A stretch of DNA of 64,000 bases, taken from positions 55,918 through 119,917 of IMG/VR virus record IMGVR_UViG_3300035501_000350; one strand, written 5' to 3'. This DNA comes from a virus (Duplodnaviria; Caudoviricetes). The notes under the pieces are model-generated. The model ran no database searches. It was not told the DNA's origin and worked only from the letters and a program-made list of their open reading frames with translations. Of this stretch, positions 41,101 to 50,665 are shown one piece after another (position 1 is the first letter of the stretch; every line of letters begins with the position of its first letter). Made by a program: the position numbers and the translations under genes.

Positions 41101-43957
41101 CTCTGTCAGCCATATCTGCTTCTTGAGTAAATGCTTTAGGATCACTTAAGATCTCATTAAGAGCTTCATCAAAGTTGTATCCCTTGATATATAGAATCTG
41201 TGTAGGCGAATACATAATGTTATCTGAGATGTCATTATAATAATACATCATGGCAAATAGATAACAAACAATATCCATAAACTTAAACTTATGATTCTTC
41301 TGTATATATGGAATCTCCATAGTAAGAGCTTCTTCAGAATACAGATTATCAAAGAGCATATTGTAGAAGTACGTGACTTGGAATGATTGTTCTGTAAGAT
41401 CTGTTACAGATTCAATAGAGATATACTTAGTCTTAGCAGCATTAAAGTTATAATCCATGAATCTATTATATAGAACATCATGATCTAATCCGCCATGCCA
41501 AGTATCTCCCTCATCCTCATAGACTATCTCATCATATGTGATAATATAGTTCGGATCATTCTTATATTCAGTCAACTGCTCATCTACAGGAACTTTAATG
41601 AATTTAATCTCTGCAGGATTTGTATTTGCTTTAATCTGGGTAAAGTATGTGGAGTCATATAGAGATATGAAATCTCCAGTCTCTTCTTCATACAGATATA
41701 TATCTTTAGTATTATCTATAATCTGTTTAGTAGAGATAGTGCCATCCTCATTCTCTATAGTGATAGTCTTAAACCAATCTGATGCTTCATAACCTGAAGA
41801 CTCTGTAAGCCTGGAGAAAGATATTCCAGATGGATTCTTTTTAGATCCATTTATATCTTTTACCCATAGTACATCAGGGTTATAGTCTATATCATTATCC
41901 TCATCCATTATGTATTCCCCAGTATTAACATCTACATTTCTATCTTTAAATAGATAGTAACCAAATACTTTAACATCAGAGAATCCAAACAGATTACAAA
42001 TATCAATCATATTTCTCGTAGAGGATTTATACTTCAATAATAGATTAAGATTCTTCAACATGGCTCTTAAATACTTTATAGGAATCTCACTATAATATGG
42101 AACTCCATAAGATTCAAATAACCACTTGATACATCTAGAATCAAATACCTCTCGATCAATAATCATTTCAGTAATTCCAGATAGCATATCCATGATAGTA
42201 TTAATGAGTATAAAGATAATCATAAACTTATCATAGTAATCAGACTGGAATTTATGAGCATCAGAATAAACAGCACGGATAACGTAATCTCTATTTACGT
42301 TGAAACAATCAACGAATCTCTTCTGAGCATCATCGTCATCCACTGTAGGAATTCCTATCAACTGAAACTTAGCAGCTTTACGGCATTGGTATAGATCAAG
42401 CTTATTGTCAGCAAGATGTCTGATGTATTTATATCTAGCATCACTTGGAGATGCTCCACATGCTTCAATATAATCATCTAATATACCATAGCTTTCGAGA
42501 ATGCCAATATCATATGAGTCAAACTCATATAGCTCTTGCTTCCAATGTATTTCAGGATATATTCCTGTGGGTAATTGCTTGATGAATCTATCTCCAAAGG
42601 ATACAAAAGTTCCAGTAGTGGAATCATATGACTTCTGTAGAGTATCTACGCATACATTACCAGAGTTATCAAGCGGAGGTAAACCAATCAAAGCTCTATA
42701 ATAGTTATTAGTCTCCTCATGATGTGATGGATACCACTCCATCATATCTTTGACTATATTGGTCTTTATTTCATTTCTAGTATTCTCAGGCAATGTAGCA
42801 AGATATGCATTAAGCATTTCTTTACTATCTTGGTAAACCTGTAGGTTAGTTACCTCAGCGATGTATTTGTTAATAATCATCTTCTTTGTTTCTGTAGGTA
42901 AATAATCCACAAGACCAAAATAGTCTATAGTCTTAGCAGCACACTTATTATAAATGCTCTCATTAAGATATGAGTTGTAATTGCTAAGATATACTTCCTG
43001 CATTGCTGAGTTTAATGCAATCTGTTGGCTAGAGGGATTACTAGAATAATTCAAAAAATAATTCTCTAGAGTCTCAAGATTAAATGTAAGCATGTATTTA
43101 TCAATGTCTTCTTCATTGATACACTTTGCTAAACACTCATGGAGTTTATCTTCAGGGAATAATTTATAGAGATTCTTGTAAGTGGCTTTACCGCGTTGAC
43201 AAAGCTTATACGTATCTTCATCACTAACAAATCTCTGCATCTCATTGTTAGCTAAAGCAACGTATCCTCTCTCTACCATAATCTCATAGTGGCTTTTGAA
43301 GACATCCCTCATAGCTTTAGAAATATTCTCAAGCTCTGTAGTAATCTGTACATCTGTTCTAGCATCTATATATTGTTGGAAGGTTTCAAGACTTCTTGCT
43401 AATTCATTGATCTTATCAGTATCAAAGTTATTCAGATACTGTAGAATAATTCTTTTCTTAGTATAGTAAGGCATTATATCATATAGATCAGCATATGTTG
43501 CTGTACCATCAATGCATGAGTTATACAATGGCTTATAATCGTCTAACCATGATCCAGATAAACCAGATAAATACTCAGTCATTATAAGGTAATGATCCAT
43601 ATATGTTTCTCTAGCGGTTTCAGAAAGCTTATTAAGAAGGCTTGTACGTTGATGAATGCTATAATGATTCAGATGAACCTTAAGAGTATTCGGTTTAGTT
43701 GCATATAGATCAAGATTACTCTGTACAGTAATATACTTTTCTAGTATCTCTTTAGGGATACTAGTAAACATCTCATAGATTGCGTAACCTTCAATACAAG
43801 CAACGTATAAATCTCCTGCACTAAGACTTGCTTCAGTCTCATTAGCAAGAGCTTCATCCTCGTCCTTAACAACACAATTCATGGCTAACCATTTAGCATA
43901 GTATATTACATTATCTACAAATGGATTATCCGAATACGTCTTTTCAGGGAGTATCAT
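38132..43957 (-). CDS. very large virion structural (baseplate-like) protein, 1941 aa
   Basis: Long ORF, AGGAGG RBS, late-type promoter at 43985-43995. Confidence 0.65.
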   Translation of the reverse strand: MILPEKTYSDNPFVDNVIYYAKWLAMNCVVKDEDEALANETEASLSAGDLYVACIEGYAIYEMFTSIPKEILEKYITVQSNLDLYATKPNTLKVHLNHYSIHQRTSLLNKLSETARETYMDHYLIMTEYLSGLSGSWLDDYKPLYNSCIDGTATYADLYDIMPYYTKKRIILQYLNNFDTDKINELARSLETFQQYIDARTDVQITTELENISKAMRDVFKSHYEIMVERGYVALANNEMQRFVSDEDTYKLCQRGKATYKNLYKLFPEDKLHECLAKCINEEDIDKYMLTFNLETLENYFLNYSSNPSSQQIALNSAMQEVYLSNYNSYLNESIYNKCAAKTIDYFGLVDYLPTETKKMIINKYIAEVTNLQVYQDSKEMLNAYLATLPENTRNEIKTNIVKDMMEWYPSHHEETNNYYRALIGLPPLDNSGNVCVDTLQKSYDSTTGTFVSFGDRFIKQLPTGIYPEIHWKQELYEFDSYDIGILESYGILDDYIEACGASPSDARYKYIRHLADNKLDLYQCRKAAKFQLIGIPTVDDDDAQKRFVDCFNVNRDYVIRAVYSDAHKFQSDYYDKFMIIFILINTIMDMLSGITEMIIDREVFDSRCIKWLFESYGVPYYSEIPIKYLRAMLKNLNLLLKYKSSTRNMIDICNLFGFSDVKVFGYYLFKDRNVDVNTGEYIMDEDNDIDYNPDVLWVKDINGSKKNPSGISFSRLTESSGYEASDWFKTITIENEDGTISTKQIIDNTKDIYLYEEETGDFISLYDSTYFTQIKANTNPAEIKFIKVPVDEQLTEYKNDPNYIITYDEIVYEDEGDTWHGGLDHDVLYNRFMDYNFNAAKTKYISIESVTDLTEQSFQVTYFYNMLFDNLYSEEALTMEIPYIQKNHKFKFMDIVCYLFAMMYYYNDISDNIMYSPTQILYIKGYNFDEALNEILSDPKAFTQEADMADRENIFDINTRIAEDGYDYQEAFADYNIRSFNLSADIDELDAWLQENAQMSLDDIVVDGTDITFRQFFSLNNSYYQKDIFKDNVYPLPYNQNIKSAYDLILYTRDFENDLDGYEHSYILVDNAWLEVIDLRNGVAFSVDDYAYIMDQYIYTYFTDGSNHSIFYLYTKDDYGNYVRSSDVVYYYNYNTGVMDKLFDKKISIIDEYNRYIFSADAYYEKNDVTGEYSEITDEKFFTEDPNNPDKRLLIFGNYWIQNDDSTWSLDPEQAYVLVTINGVQQYVRYVIAASHIDFNVSEDDCWIRHEDGHFVQYIDTDYYTKRKTNGENISVEYYPEDTYIKVDYDTEISDTTLDGEVRYFRKLNDVYQENKWNISSELYIYDPATKTYIPEDELLSPNNCYYMNSDGVYALVVKNFASYLMYSSTKGATKVLILRGDNDYDVLELRGYEYIITEDPVKRFVYNSDPEYVTALLNNATYAETQMMVVVFNRAITSSDANELYEIGKYNPEVTDNVWDENDWFYYPPGDVDEEYSAMSGENTWYYHKPGSVSAETEEKESDPVGSGFYMESSAYIGDVALEKGNKYYMSFYVETNFTGKIQIYNTADDSVSSINDRIYEVSRGEKFYVSHVFVANEIEHPEIRFIIYDFDNFPISVGDMVIVSNIKFVKAYSDNFIAQDITSYDTLMRLYNTNEAIYKYLCELMANESDYRKYQIYKKLYDSLMTSKYNKEAFKIGEDTYAKTYTEFLENRDAVLYARLSRFKTLDPDAMHSEIANEIIEVTYALDTYIDTYSYGFLYSYFPAVSANYIQQYITKLINWFKSWKVHLLGINTVYKLGDGFENTVRALETKDPKIRIDFLKGNAYIHDTVKVNPLDGTNVSGTKYTDLYDLCDPVMEANEHLAPRDRIRIISRSGSRIEYTDNNTMLHLIFDDDGIIVNTDDNILTISSSNAGFRYENGNDMIITTDEDDQSVYPAQVIDEINHLTGDYIEWRDLLDG

Positions 43958-44033
43958 ATCTTCTAAACCTCCTTTACTTGAATTTAATATAATGTGCGAA
44001 ATCTACAAAAAAATAATAGGCTAGGGGAAACCC

Positions 44034-44213
44034 CTAGCCTACACACTTACAGTAATGCTCTACTTCTCTAAGACCATTCGGATAAGTAGTGGATACTAGA
44101 ACAAGAGTACCGTCTGGAGCATAAGACATCTCCTCGCATTGTCCATCAGAATAAGTTTCTTTAATCAAACGATTATTTTCATCATATTCTTTCTTTACGC
44201 TATACTCGTTCAT
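44034..44213 (-). CDS. small YD-repeat-like protein (59 aa, below the ORF-track cutoff)
   Basis: AGGAGAGG RBS; MNEYSVKKEYDENNRLIKETYSDGQCEEMSYAPDGTLVLVSTTYPNGLREVEHYCKCVG. Confidence 0.6.
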   Translation of the reverse strand: MNEYSVKKEYDENNRLIKETYSDGQCEEMSYAPDGTLVLVSTTYPNGLREVEHYCKCVG

Positions 44214-44318
44214 AGTTACACCTCTCCTATCTGTAGATATTGATCAATCTTGAATTATAGAAGTTGCATTAGAGTATCCTCTCTCAATTTTATGTTGAGT
44301 GGGGTGGGTAAATTTTAA

Positions 44319-44714
44319 TTATGATGGTTGTTTTTCTCCTCGGCCATGGAATACCAACCGTATATTATCTATACCACGCTTATGCATTTCTTCTTTAAAC
44401 TCATCAGCCATTTCTCTGTGAGTTGGTCCAAGATATACATCTACAGTAGTGACATCCCAATTATCCGCCATCCTGTATAGCTCTCTACTCTTATTGTATT
44501 GACGCTGCACTAACGAGTCTTTAGCATATGCAGAATACATAGCTACATTCCTCTGTGCTATCTTTATAATAGCTTCAAGTTCATCATACGTTTTACACCA
44601 GACCCATATATCATCATCAAATTTATGGACTGGTGGTGCTTCAATATTAAACCAAATTTTCACCATCTCTATCACCATCACTTTCTGGTTGAACAGCATT
44701 TTTAGCTTCGTCAA
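44319..44714 (-). CDS. hypothetical protein
   Basis: ORF overlapping the upstream gene; likely start MVKIW. Confidence 0.55.
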   Translation of the reverse strand: MTKLKMLFNQKVMVIEMVKIWFNIEAPPVHKFDDDIWVWCKTYDELEAIIKIAQRNVAMYSAYAKDSLVQRQYNKSRELYRMADNWDVTTVDVYLGPTHREMADEFKEEMHKRGIDNIRLVFHGRGEKQPS

Positions 44715-45372
44715 TAATCTTATCTACTATCTTTCTAATAGTTGATCTCTCATCATTATACGATGGTTTATCGGTAACAACATCGATCTTATGAATGCAG
44801 ATATAACGGTTATCTTCATTCTCTTGGTTATACTTCTGGCATTCAGTAGCGGCCTCATCGAATGTGTTACAATTAGTTCCGATAATGAGATTTACATCAT
44901 CTACAATATCGGCTTCTTCTTCATACGACTGATCGTACCTATCATTGTCACCACCTGTTACATTTGCATGCATGACATATCTGTCTGTTACAAACTCACG
45001 ATTCACATCGTTAGTTTCATACACCTCACAGTTAGGCTCTTCTCCATAATATAGCATTCTAATATCATTCTGTAGATTTAGAGCCTGAAGAAGATCATAC
45101 CAACCACGATCTTTAGGGCACCACTTATCCTCAGATGTAACCTCAATAGTTCTACCATCTTCAGACAGGATAACATCAACGACCCATCCACCACAATCAC
45201 TATTGCGATAATCTACTCCTGCTTTGGTAAGAAGCTGAGCCATGTGGTTATAGCTTGTGGTCATCGTATCCATCGGTGGATTCTCACGTACATCACAGAT
45301 AAAATCATAGAACTGTTTGATCTTATCCGATTCTCCAATAAATTTGTAATTCGTCCAACACCAATTCGGCAT
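44647..45372 (-). CDS. DUF1281/YubB ferredoxin-like domain protein
   Basis: N-terminal MPNWC motif, KWCP, YGEEP. Confidence 0.6.
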   Translation of the reverse strand: MPNWCWTNYKFIGESDKIKQFYDFICDVRENPPMDTMTTSYNHMAQLLTKAGVDYRNSDCGGWVVDVILSEDGRTIEVTSEDKWCPKDRGWYDLLQALNLQNDIRMLYYGEEPNCEVYETNDVNREFVTDRYVMHANVTGGDNDRYDQSYEEEADIVDDVNLIIGTNCNTFDEAATECQKYNQENEDNRYICIHKIDVVTDKPSYNDERSTIRKIVDKIIDEAKNAVQPESDGDRDGENLV

Positions 45373-45477
45373 AAGTTTTACTTCCTTTCGTTGTTTATTC
45401 TATTTTGGTTTATCTACTATTATATTATATCACTATTTCCAGATTTAATCTATTCCAAAAACATTTAATTAAATATA

Positions 45478-46119
45478 ATGAAAGGAGAGATATTAATGTC
45501 TTCTTTAAATAATAACCCTGTTATATATGACCCTAGTAATGTTACTCAAATTCAATTTGCCCAGACTAGAGAAACTTTAATAGATACAGAGGTTTATCAA
45601 AGATTTGTTTATTCATGTGAAAATATCTTTCGTAAATCTAGATTTTATAAATCATATAAATCCAGCATAATGAATCTTGGTTTAAATAGGGATCAAGATC
45701 ATGCTAGTATTACTTCAGAGATGACTAATCTAGAACTCCATCATCATTTCCCTACACTTAAACAGGCTACTATAATGATTATAGAACACATGCTAAATGT
45801 TAAGGGATGTGTTACTACATTTGAGGTTATTAGAGAATTAGAGGAATGTCATAGAAAGAACTGGATGGGCATTATTATCTTATCAGAGACAGGCCATCAA
45901 GTCTATGAATCTAATCCCTCTCAGTTTATTTCTCTTACTCAATGCTATGGAGATCCATTTAAGTTCATTAATTACTACATGGATGGAATGACATTAGATA
46001 TATCCTTTAAATTACTCTTACAATTAAAAATGGAAGAGGAATATAATAGTAAGAGCTTTAGTCCTAATATGATTAAAGCTAGAGACGCCATACTAAATTG
46101 GCAAAAAACAATTAGCTAA
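45478..46119 (+). CDS. hypothetical protein, possibly HNH-like
   Basis: LELHHHFPTL...LSETGHQ; late-type promoter at 45461. Confidence 0.5.
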   Translation: MKGEILMSSLNNNPVIYDPSNVTQIQFAQTRETLIDTEVYQRFVYSCENIFRKSRFYKSYKSSIMNLGLNRDQDHASITSEMTNLELHHHFPTLKQATIMIIEHMLNVKGCVTTFEVIRELEECHRKNWMGIIILSETGHQVYESNPSQFISLTQCYGDPFKFINYYMDGMTLDISFKLLLQLKMEEEYNSKSFSPNMIKARDAILNWQKTIS

Positions 46120-46159
46120 AAAATAAAATCGGGAGGGTTGTGAGCCCTCCCGGTATTTA

Positions 46160-46639
46160 TTACCCGATGAATTTGAAATCCAAATCGGCTTTGGTAATGC
46201 TACCCACATCACCATCGATGTACTCAACCTCATAGATGCTGATGGTTTTGATGACGAAGTTGGATCTCTTTAAAGCGGTAGAGTCATTCCAGATTTCCTT
46301 CCAATGTTCCTTGTACCATTTGGCCAATCCATCAGGAAAGCTGAATGGCATTGCCCTCATTACATCAAAGGTAAATGCATCAGGGCTGCTGTTGGCAATA
46401 GCCATAGGATGGCTGTCTTCGCCAAGTCTGCCGCTCGGCAATACGTCTACATCACGGATGAACATTCTTATGCTATCGCCATACCATTGGTATAAGAAGT
46501 CTGTAGCTCCAATGGTTTTACCATTTTCATCAACCAGATTTCCGCATACTTCTTTGTAGTTGGGGTACTTGCATGGGTAGAATTCACGCTTGAGATCTGC
46601 TCCTACAACGTAGAATTTCATTTTGGTTGCTCCTTTCAA
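46160..46639 (-). CDS. hypothetical protein
   Basis: ORF with RBS and early-type promoter. Confidence 0.6.
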   Translation of the reverse strand: MKGATKMKFYVVGADLKREFYPCKYPNYKEVCGNLVDENGKTIGATDFLYQWYGDSIRMFIRDVDVLPSGRLGEDSHPMAIANSSPDAFTFDVMRAMPFSFPDGLAKWYKEHWKEIWNDSTALKRSNFVIKTISIYEVEYIDGDVGSITKADLDFKFIG

Positions 46640-46741
46640 TTATATGGGCATTTTTAACTGCCTTTATTACAATTTTATAATATGCAGTTATTTAAAATGT
46701 ATTTTACATGCTAATAAATTAAAATTAAAGGAGAATTAAAT

Positions 46742-47245
46742 ATGGTATACGTTATAGATGTATTACTTATCGCATTACTTACACTTATCGTATTCGTAAT
46801 AGTATTAGCGCTTACCGGCAGGATCATAAAGAAAATCCTACCTACAATTCAAAGAAGCATCCAGATCCGCGAAGATACGTTAGTTCAGTCAACCAAGTAT
46901 TCCGAAGACGAGATAATTAAACATTTAGACTACATCATCACTGAAGCTTTAGATGAATACGTTCTACTAGAGTTAACGCCTAAGAATATCTATTATATTA
47001 ATAACAAATTAGAGACTGCTATTGTAACTCACTTATCTACAGAAGTACCAAAGCGTATTAGTAAAACTCTATATACTCATCTATCATTTATCTATAATAA
47101 TGATTACTTAGGAGAGTATATTGGTAGGCGTATCTATATTACAGTATTCAATTATGTAATAAACTTCAATGTAGAGAATGAGGGTAAGAACTCTGGAGAA
47201 AAAATGGCTGGAGCTAAGAAAGTAAATATCGCTAATGAATTATAA
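46742..47245 (+). CDS. membrane-anchored hypothetical protein
   Basis: N-terminal TM helix; AAGGAG RBS; late-type promoter at 46706. Confidence 0.65.
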   Translation: MVYVIDVLLIALLTLIVFVIVLALTGRIIKKILPTIQRSIQIREDTLVQSTKYSEDEIIKHLDYIITEALDEYVLLELTPKNIYYINNKLETAIVTHLSTEVPKRISKTLYTHLSFIYNNDYLGEYIGRRIYITVFNYVINFNVENEGKNSGEKMAGAKKVNIANEL

Positions 47246-47308
47246 AAAAAAATAAATTAGTTTTGAATACCAAGGGATGGATTGCTCCATCCCTTGATAC
47301 CGTTCGGA

Positions 47309-47614
47309 TCATGCTGTCTCTTTCTTGATTACGTTGAAATCGGCATCCACGAAATCGTACAGCTTATATCGTGGGCCAGAACTAGATTCTTTGCTTTGGA
47401 GATAAAGTGGAAATTCCACTGCATCGTAATTTCTTACGATTCTATCAGTATTCATAATGAGCCATACAAATGCTGCATCAGCTGTAGCAAATCTCATGGC
47501 ATCTTTCACATCTTTTACAAATGTGATTTTGCCATTTGTGCTTCCCATGAATACTTGGTTTTCTCCATCGGCTGTGCATTCTATCGCGCCGATATACGCG
47601 AATTGTTCTTCCAT
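47309..47614 (-). CDS. paralog family A protein
   Basis: GKITFVKDVKDAMRFATADAAFVW motif. Confidence 0.65.
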   Translation of the reverse strand: MEEQFAYIGAIECTADGENQVFMGSTNGKITFVKDVKDAMRFATADAAFVWLIMNTDRIVRNYDAVEFPLYLQSKESSSGPRYKLYDFVDADFNVIKKETA

Positions 47615-47617
47615 TAT

Positions 47618-47902
47618 CTACACCTCCTGTGCAGGCGTAAATTTTCCAATGTAGACATTTACAAAATCTACAGATTCATGCTCTTGCTCCATGCAGGCTA
47701 ACGCCTTGCCAATCACGGCTCCGGCATATGAATCTTTCCATTCTGCAGCGGCTTCAAATGTATCAAATTGTGTGGCTTCATTCTCATGCCCCTTACCAAC
47801 CAATTCGATTTCTCCAGTAGCATTATCTACTTTAACGAACATGTATTTTTTACCATGCTCAACTGTGCCTATCATTACAGCTATAACGCGTTCCATTGTC
47901 AT
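47618..47902 (-). CDS. paralog family A protein
   Basis: GEIELV..ENEATQFDTFEAAAEW; probable start MTMERV. Confidence 0.6.
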   Translation of the reverse strand: MTMERVIAVMIGTVEHGKKYMFVKVDNATGEIELVGKGHENEATQFDTFEAAAEWKDSYAGAVIGKALACMEQEHESVDFVNVYIGKFTPAQEV

Positions 47903-47906
47903 TGCT

Positions 47907-48503
47907 TTACCACTCCGTATGTATATTGGCACGGGAGATGAAATTGGAATCCTCATCTACAACGTACCTCACGATGTACCGGTTGCCGGTTTCCCTATCA
48001 ACCAAATCGCACCATGGAGTAGCATCCTGGCATACATCGTAGCGCTCCATGAGTTCTACGTTGTGATCGGCAAGCCAGCATTTTGCTGTTGTTGGCATAG
48101 TAAATGATAAAGCATCTTTTACATCCTTTACGAATGTAATTTTGCCATCATTGTACGCCACGAACACATCTGCAACACTGTTGTCGGTATACTCTGTTGC
48201 GCTGATGTACATGTACCTGTATCCTACAACCTTGCCATGCACTGACGTTATTGTGTCTTTATGCAATGCCATGCCAATGTATTTTATGGCTTCGCTGCCA
48301 TTGCACTTCAGCACTTTATCGTACACTTCATTGGCATGTTGTCTACACCATTTAAGAGCTGCAACATTAGAATCAAATGCTGTTGCGTCCTGGGAAGAAT
48401 ATACCAAATTGATTTCATTGGTATCGCAATTGATGAACATGGTTCTCTTGTCGCCGTTTTCCAAAGATACATTCACTACGGCATAAAATGCGTAACTAAT
48501 CAT
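47907..48503 (-). CDS. paralog family A protein (two domain copies)
   Basis: EINLVYSSQDATAFDSNVAALKW and GKITFVKDVKDALSFTMPTTAKCW. Confidence 0.65.
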   Translation of the reverse strand: MISYAFYAVVNVSLENGDKRTMFINCDTNEINLVYSSQDATAFDSNVAALKWCRQHANEVYDKVLKCNGSEAIKYIGMALHKDTITSVHGKVVGYRYMYISATEYTDNSVADVFVAYNDGKITFVKDVKDALSFTMPTTAKCWLADHNVELMERYDVCQDATPWCDLVDRETGNRYIVRYVVDEDSNFISRANIHTEW

Positions 48504-48529
48504 AAGTTAAACCTCCTTGAATTTCGTGT

Positions 48530-48766
48530 TTACATAACACGTTCCAGCTTACCACAAACTACACCTATCTTACTGAGAAGGTAGGTATCATTTGCCTCAA
48601 CGAATCGACACAATTCATCGAGATTATCAAATGCAGTGGCATTGTTTTTGTCATCTACGAATGCGATTGCTCCTGTAGCTTCATTGTAGTGCATGAACAG
48701 ATACTTGTCATATCCGTCCATATGCTTAATGGCCTTTACGTAATAGTTGTGCTCCTGGTCATACAT
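48530..48766 (-). CDS. paralog family A protein
   Basis: GAIAFVDDKNNATAFDNLDEL. Confidence 0.65.
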   Translation of the reverse strand: MYDQEHNYYVKAIKHMDGYDKYLFMHYNEATGAIAFVDDKNNATAFDNLDELCRFVEANDTYLLSKIGVVCGKLERVM

Positions 48767-48792
48767 ATTTATTTCCTCCTATAATGTTGTAT

Positions 48793-49314
48793 TTAGCCTG
48801 CTTGATTAAGCTCGACTTTGTTGTGGTTTTTATCGACGACCTCGAAACTCTGAAGCTTGTACCATACGGGCTTGTCCGGCTGCTTCTTGTAGAGGTTCAT
48901 CGACTCTACGTTGTATTGTCTGAGCATAGAGAACGCATAGATCTCCATCCATTCATACGCCGCCTCTGCAGTATCAAATGCGGTAGCATCATTTGCATTA
49001 TCCACAAATGTGATATCGCCATTCGATTCGTCATACTTCAGGAACACATTCTTGCTACCATCAACGGTGCATTCTTCTGTTCCGATGTAGACTTTTGGTT
49101 GCTTTACCTCATTGACGTTATCCGTCTCGATGATATTCTCGATCTCCAGCTTTTCAAGCGGGGTGCTACGAATAACATCAATCGGTGGTCTAACCACTTT
49201 GAAACCCTCTGGCATAGACGTGTCGCAATACTCGCGAACATAACCATGTCGCAACATTATCTCTTCCACGGTTTCATGCTTGGTTTCTCTGGTTTCTCTA
49301 AGTCTCATCCTCAT
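48793..49314 (-). CDS. paralog family A protein
   Basis: GDITFVDNANDATAFDTAEAAYEW. Confidence 0.65.
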   Translation of the reverse strand: MRMRLRETRETKHETVEEIMLRHGYVREYCDTSMPEGFKVVRPPIDVIRSTPLEKLEIENIIETDNVNEVKQPKVYIGTEECTVDGSKNVFLKYDESNGDITFVDNANDATAFDTAEAAYEWMEIYAFSMLRQYNVESMNLYKKQPDKPVWYKLQSFEVVDKNHNKVELNQAG

Positions 49315-49346
49315 AATTATTACCTCCTAAAAATGTCGTGTTGTTT

Positions 49347-49748
49347 TTATGCGTTACAAGCTTTAAACTTGTCACGCATATTCCATGCAGGATCATAGAC
49401 AAATGCATCGCTGATAGCGCCGCCATAAGAAAGATGATCGTCTTTATCTACAACGACCATGCTTAGAACGTCATAGCACATTCTAGATTCTGCATTGTCT
49501 TCCGGGTACCGATGAGTGAGCAGAGATCCATACAGATCATAGCTGTTTCTCATGAGGCTGATGTGGTCATCCATCCATGTGGATGCTTCAGCTACAGAGT
49601 TGAACTTAGTAGCTGCGGTGATGTCAGTGGTGAACTTGATCTTGCCAGCAGTAGTATATGTCATATACATAGCGCCGCCAGCGTTAATCCCGTTGAGAAT
49701 ATCCCAACCGTAGATGTTAATGATGTACTTCATAATTATTACCTCCAA
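49347..49748 (-). CDS. paralog family A protein
   Basis: GKIKFTTDITAATKFNSVAEASTW. Confidence 0.65.
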   Translation of the reverse strand: MEVIIMKYIINIYGWDILNGINAGGAMYMTYTTAGKIKFTTDITAATKFNSVAEASTWMDDHISLMRNSYDLYGSLLTHRYPEDNAESRMCYDVLSMVVVDKDDHLSYGGAISDAFVYDPAWNMRDKFKACNA

Positions 49749-49843
49749 AGTATAAATGATTGCTTACAGGTTTACATCGTTATATCATATGCTCAAAATA
49801 AGTGGCTTTAACAAAAAATAAAGTGAGGGTTGTTGGCCCTCAC

Positions 49844-50641
49844 TTAATTTCTATTGAAGTACATTGATACCAGTATTTGTTGAATCTCCATTAAGATCTT
49901 TAAATTATTACTTATATCAATATCTTTCTTTCTATCCTCTGTTACCGACTCAAATTCATACCCAGTTCCCATATTAGATGAGAACTTGCTATGAAACATC
50001 GAACCAGCATTAAAGTTTCTATAATACCCTACAGGTAGAACCAAAGTTACATATTCAGCATATACATCTTTAAGCATTCTCATAGTAATATCTGGCCCAT
50101 TAATCTGTATTGAATAGAATAGATCTTTTAGTATCAGAGTAAAATACTGTTCGTGTAATTCTAGTTTGGTATCTGATATGCCCTTAACGTCTAGATACTC
50201 TTCTTTGGTTGCATTGCTGTAATAGTAATAGAACTCCATTCCATTTAGTCTATAGAACGACGTGTATACATTCTTCTTAATGAATTCAATTAAACCAAAT
50301 TTAGTATTATTGGCTCGCTTGTTCAATACGAATACAGCATCATTCTTTATACTTAGAATATCTCTATCTTGTAGAGCATTTGCCTCAAAGAATTGTCTCT
50401 TTGCTTCAATGATCCCATCATGAAGAGTATTATAGATAGATTTATCTTTACATAAATTTCCCACATACTTCTGTCTTACCATTCTAGGAGAGCCATATAG
50501 GAAATCATAAGTCTCTTGATCTATTACTCCAGCAGTGTGCAATACATTGATATTACATTTAGATATATCATATTCGTAAATGAATACATTTGTCAGATAT
50601 GAAATATCTGCAGTGTAATTTGATTTATCATATAATGGCAA
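49844..50641 (-). CDS. small polymerase palm-like protein
   Basis: EYDISKCN (motif A-like) and SIKNDAVF (motif C-like); no exonuclease domain. Confidence 0.45.
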   Translation of the reverse strand: MPLYDKSNYTADISYLTNVFIYEYDISKCNINVLHTAGVIDQETYDFLYGSPRMVRQKYVGNLCKDKSIYNTLHDGIIEAKRQFFEANALQDRDILSIKNDAVFVLNKRANNTKFGLIEFIKKNVYTSFYRLNGMEFYYYYSNATKEEYLDVKGISDTKLELHEQYFTLILKDLFYSIQINGPDITMRMLKDVYAEYVTLVLPVGYYRNFNAGSMFHSKFSSNMGTGYEFESVTEDRKKDIDISNNLKILMEIQQILVSMYFNRN

Positions 50642-50665
50642 AAGTATTCACCTCCCGATTATATT

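Noticed and set aside
48784-49398. 204 aa plus-strand ORF and other short overlapping antisense ORFs in the track
   Set aside because: They overlap better-supported opposite-strand genes that have RBSs and family motifs
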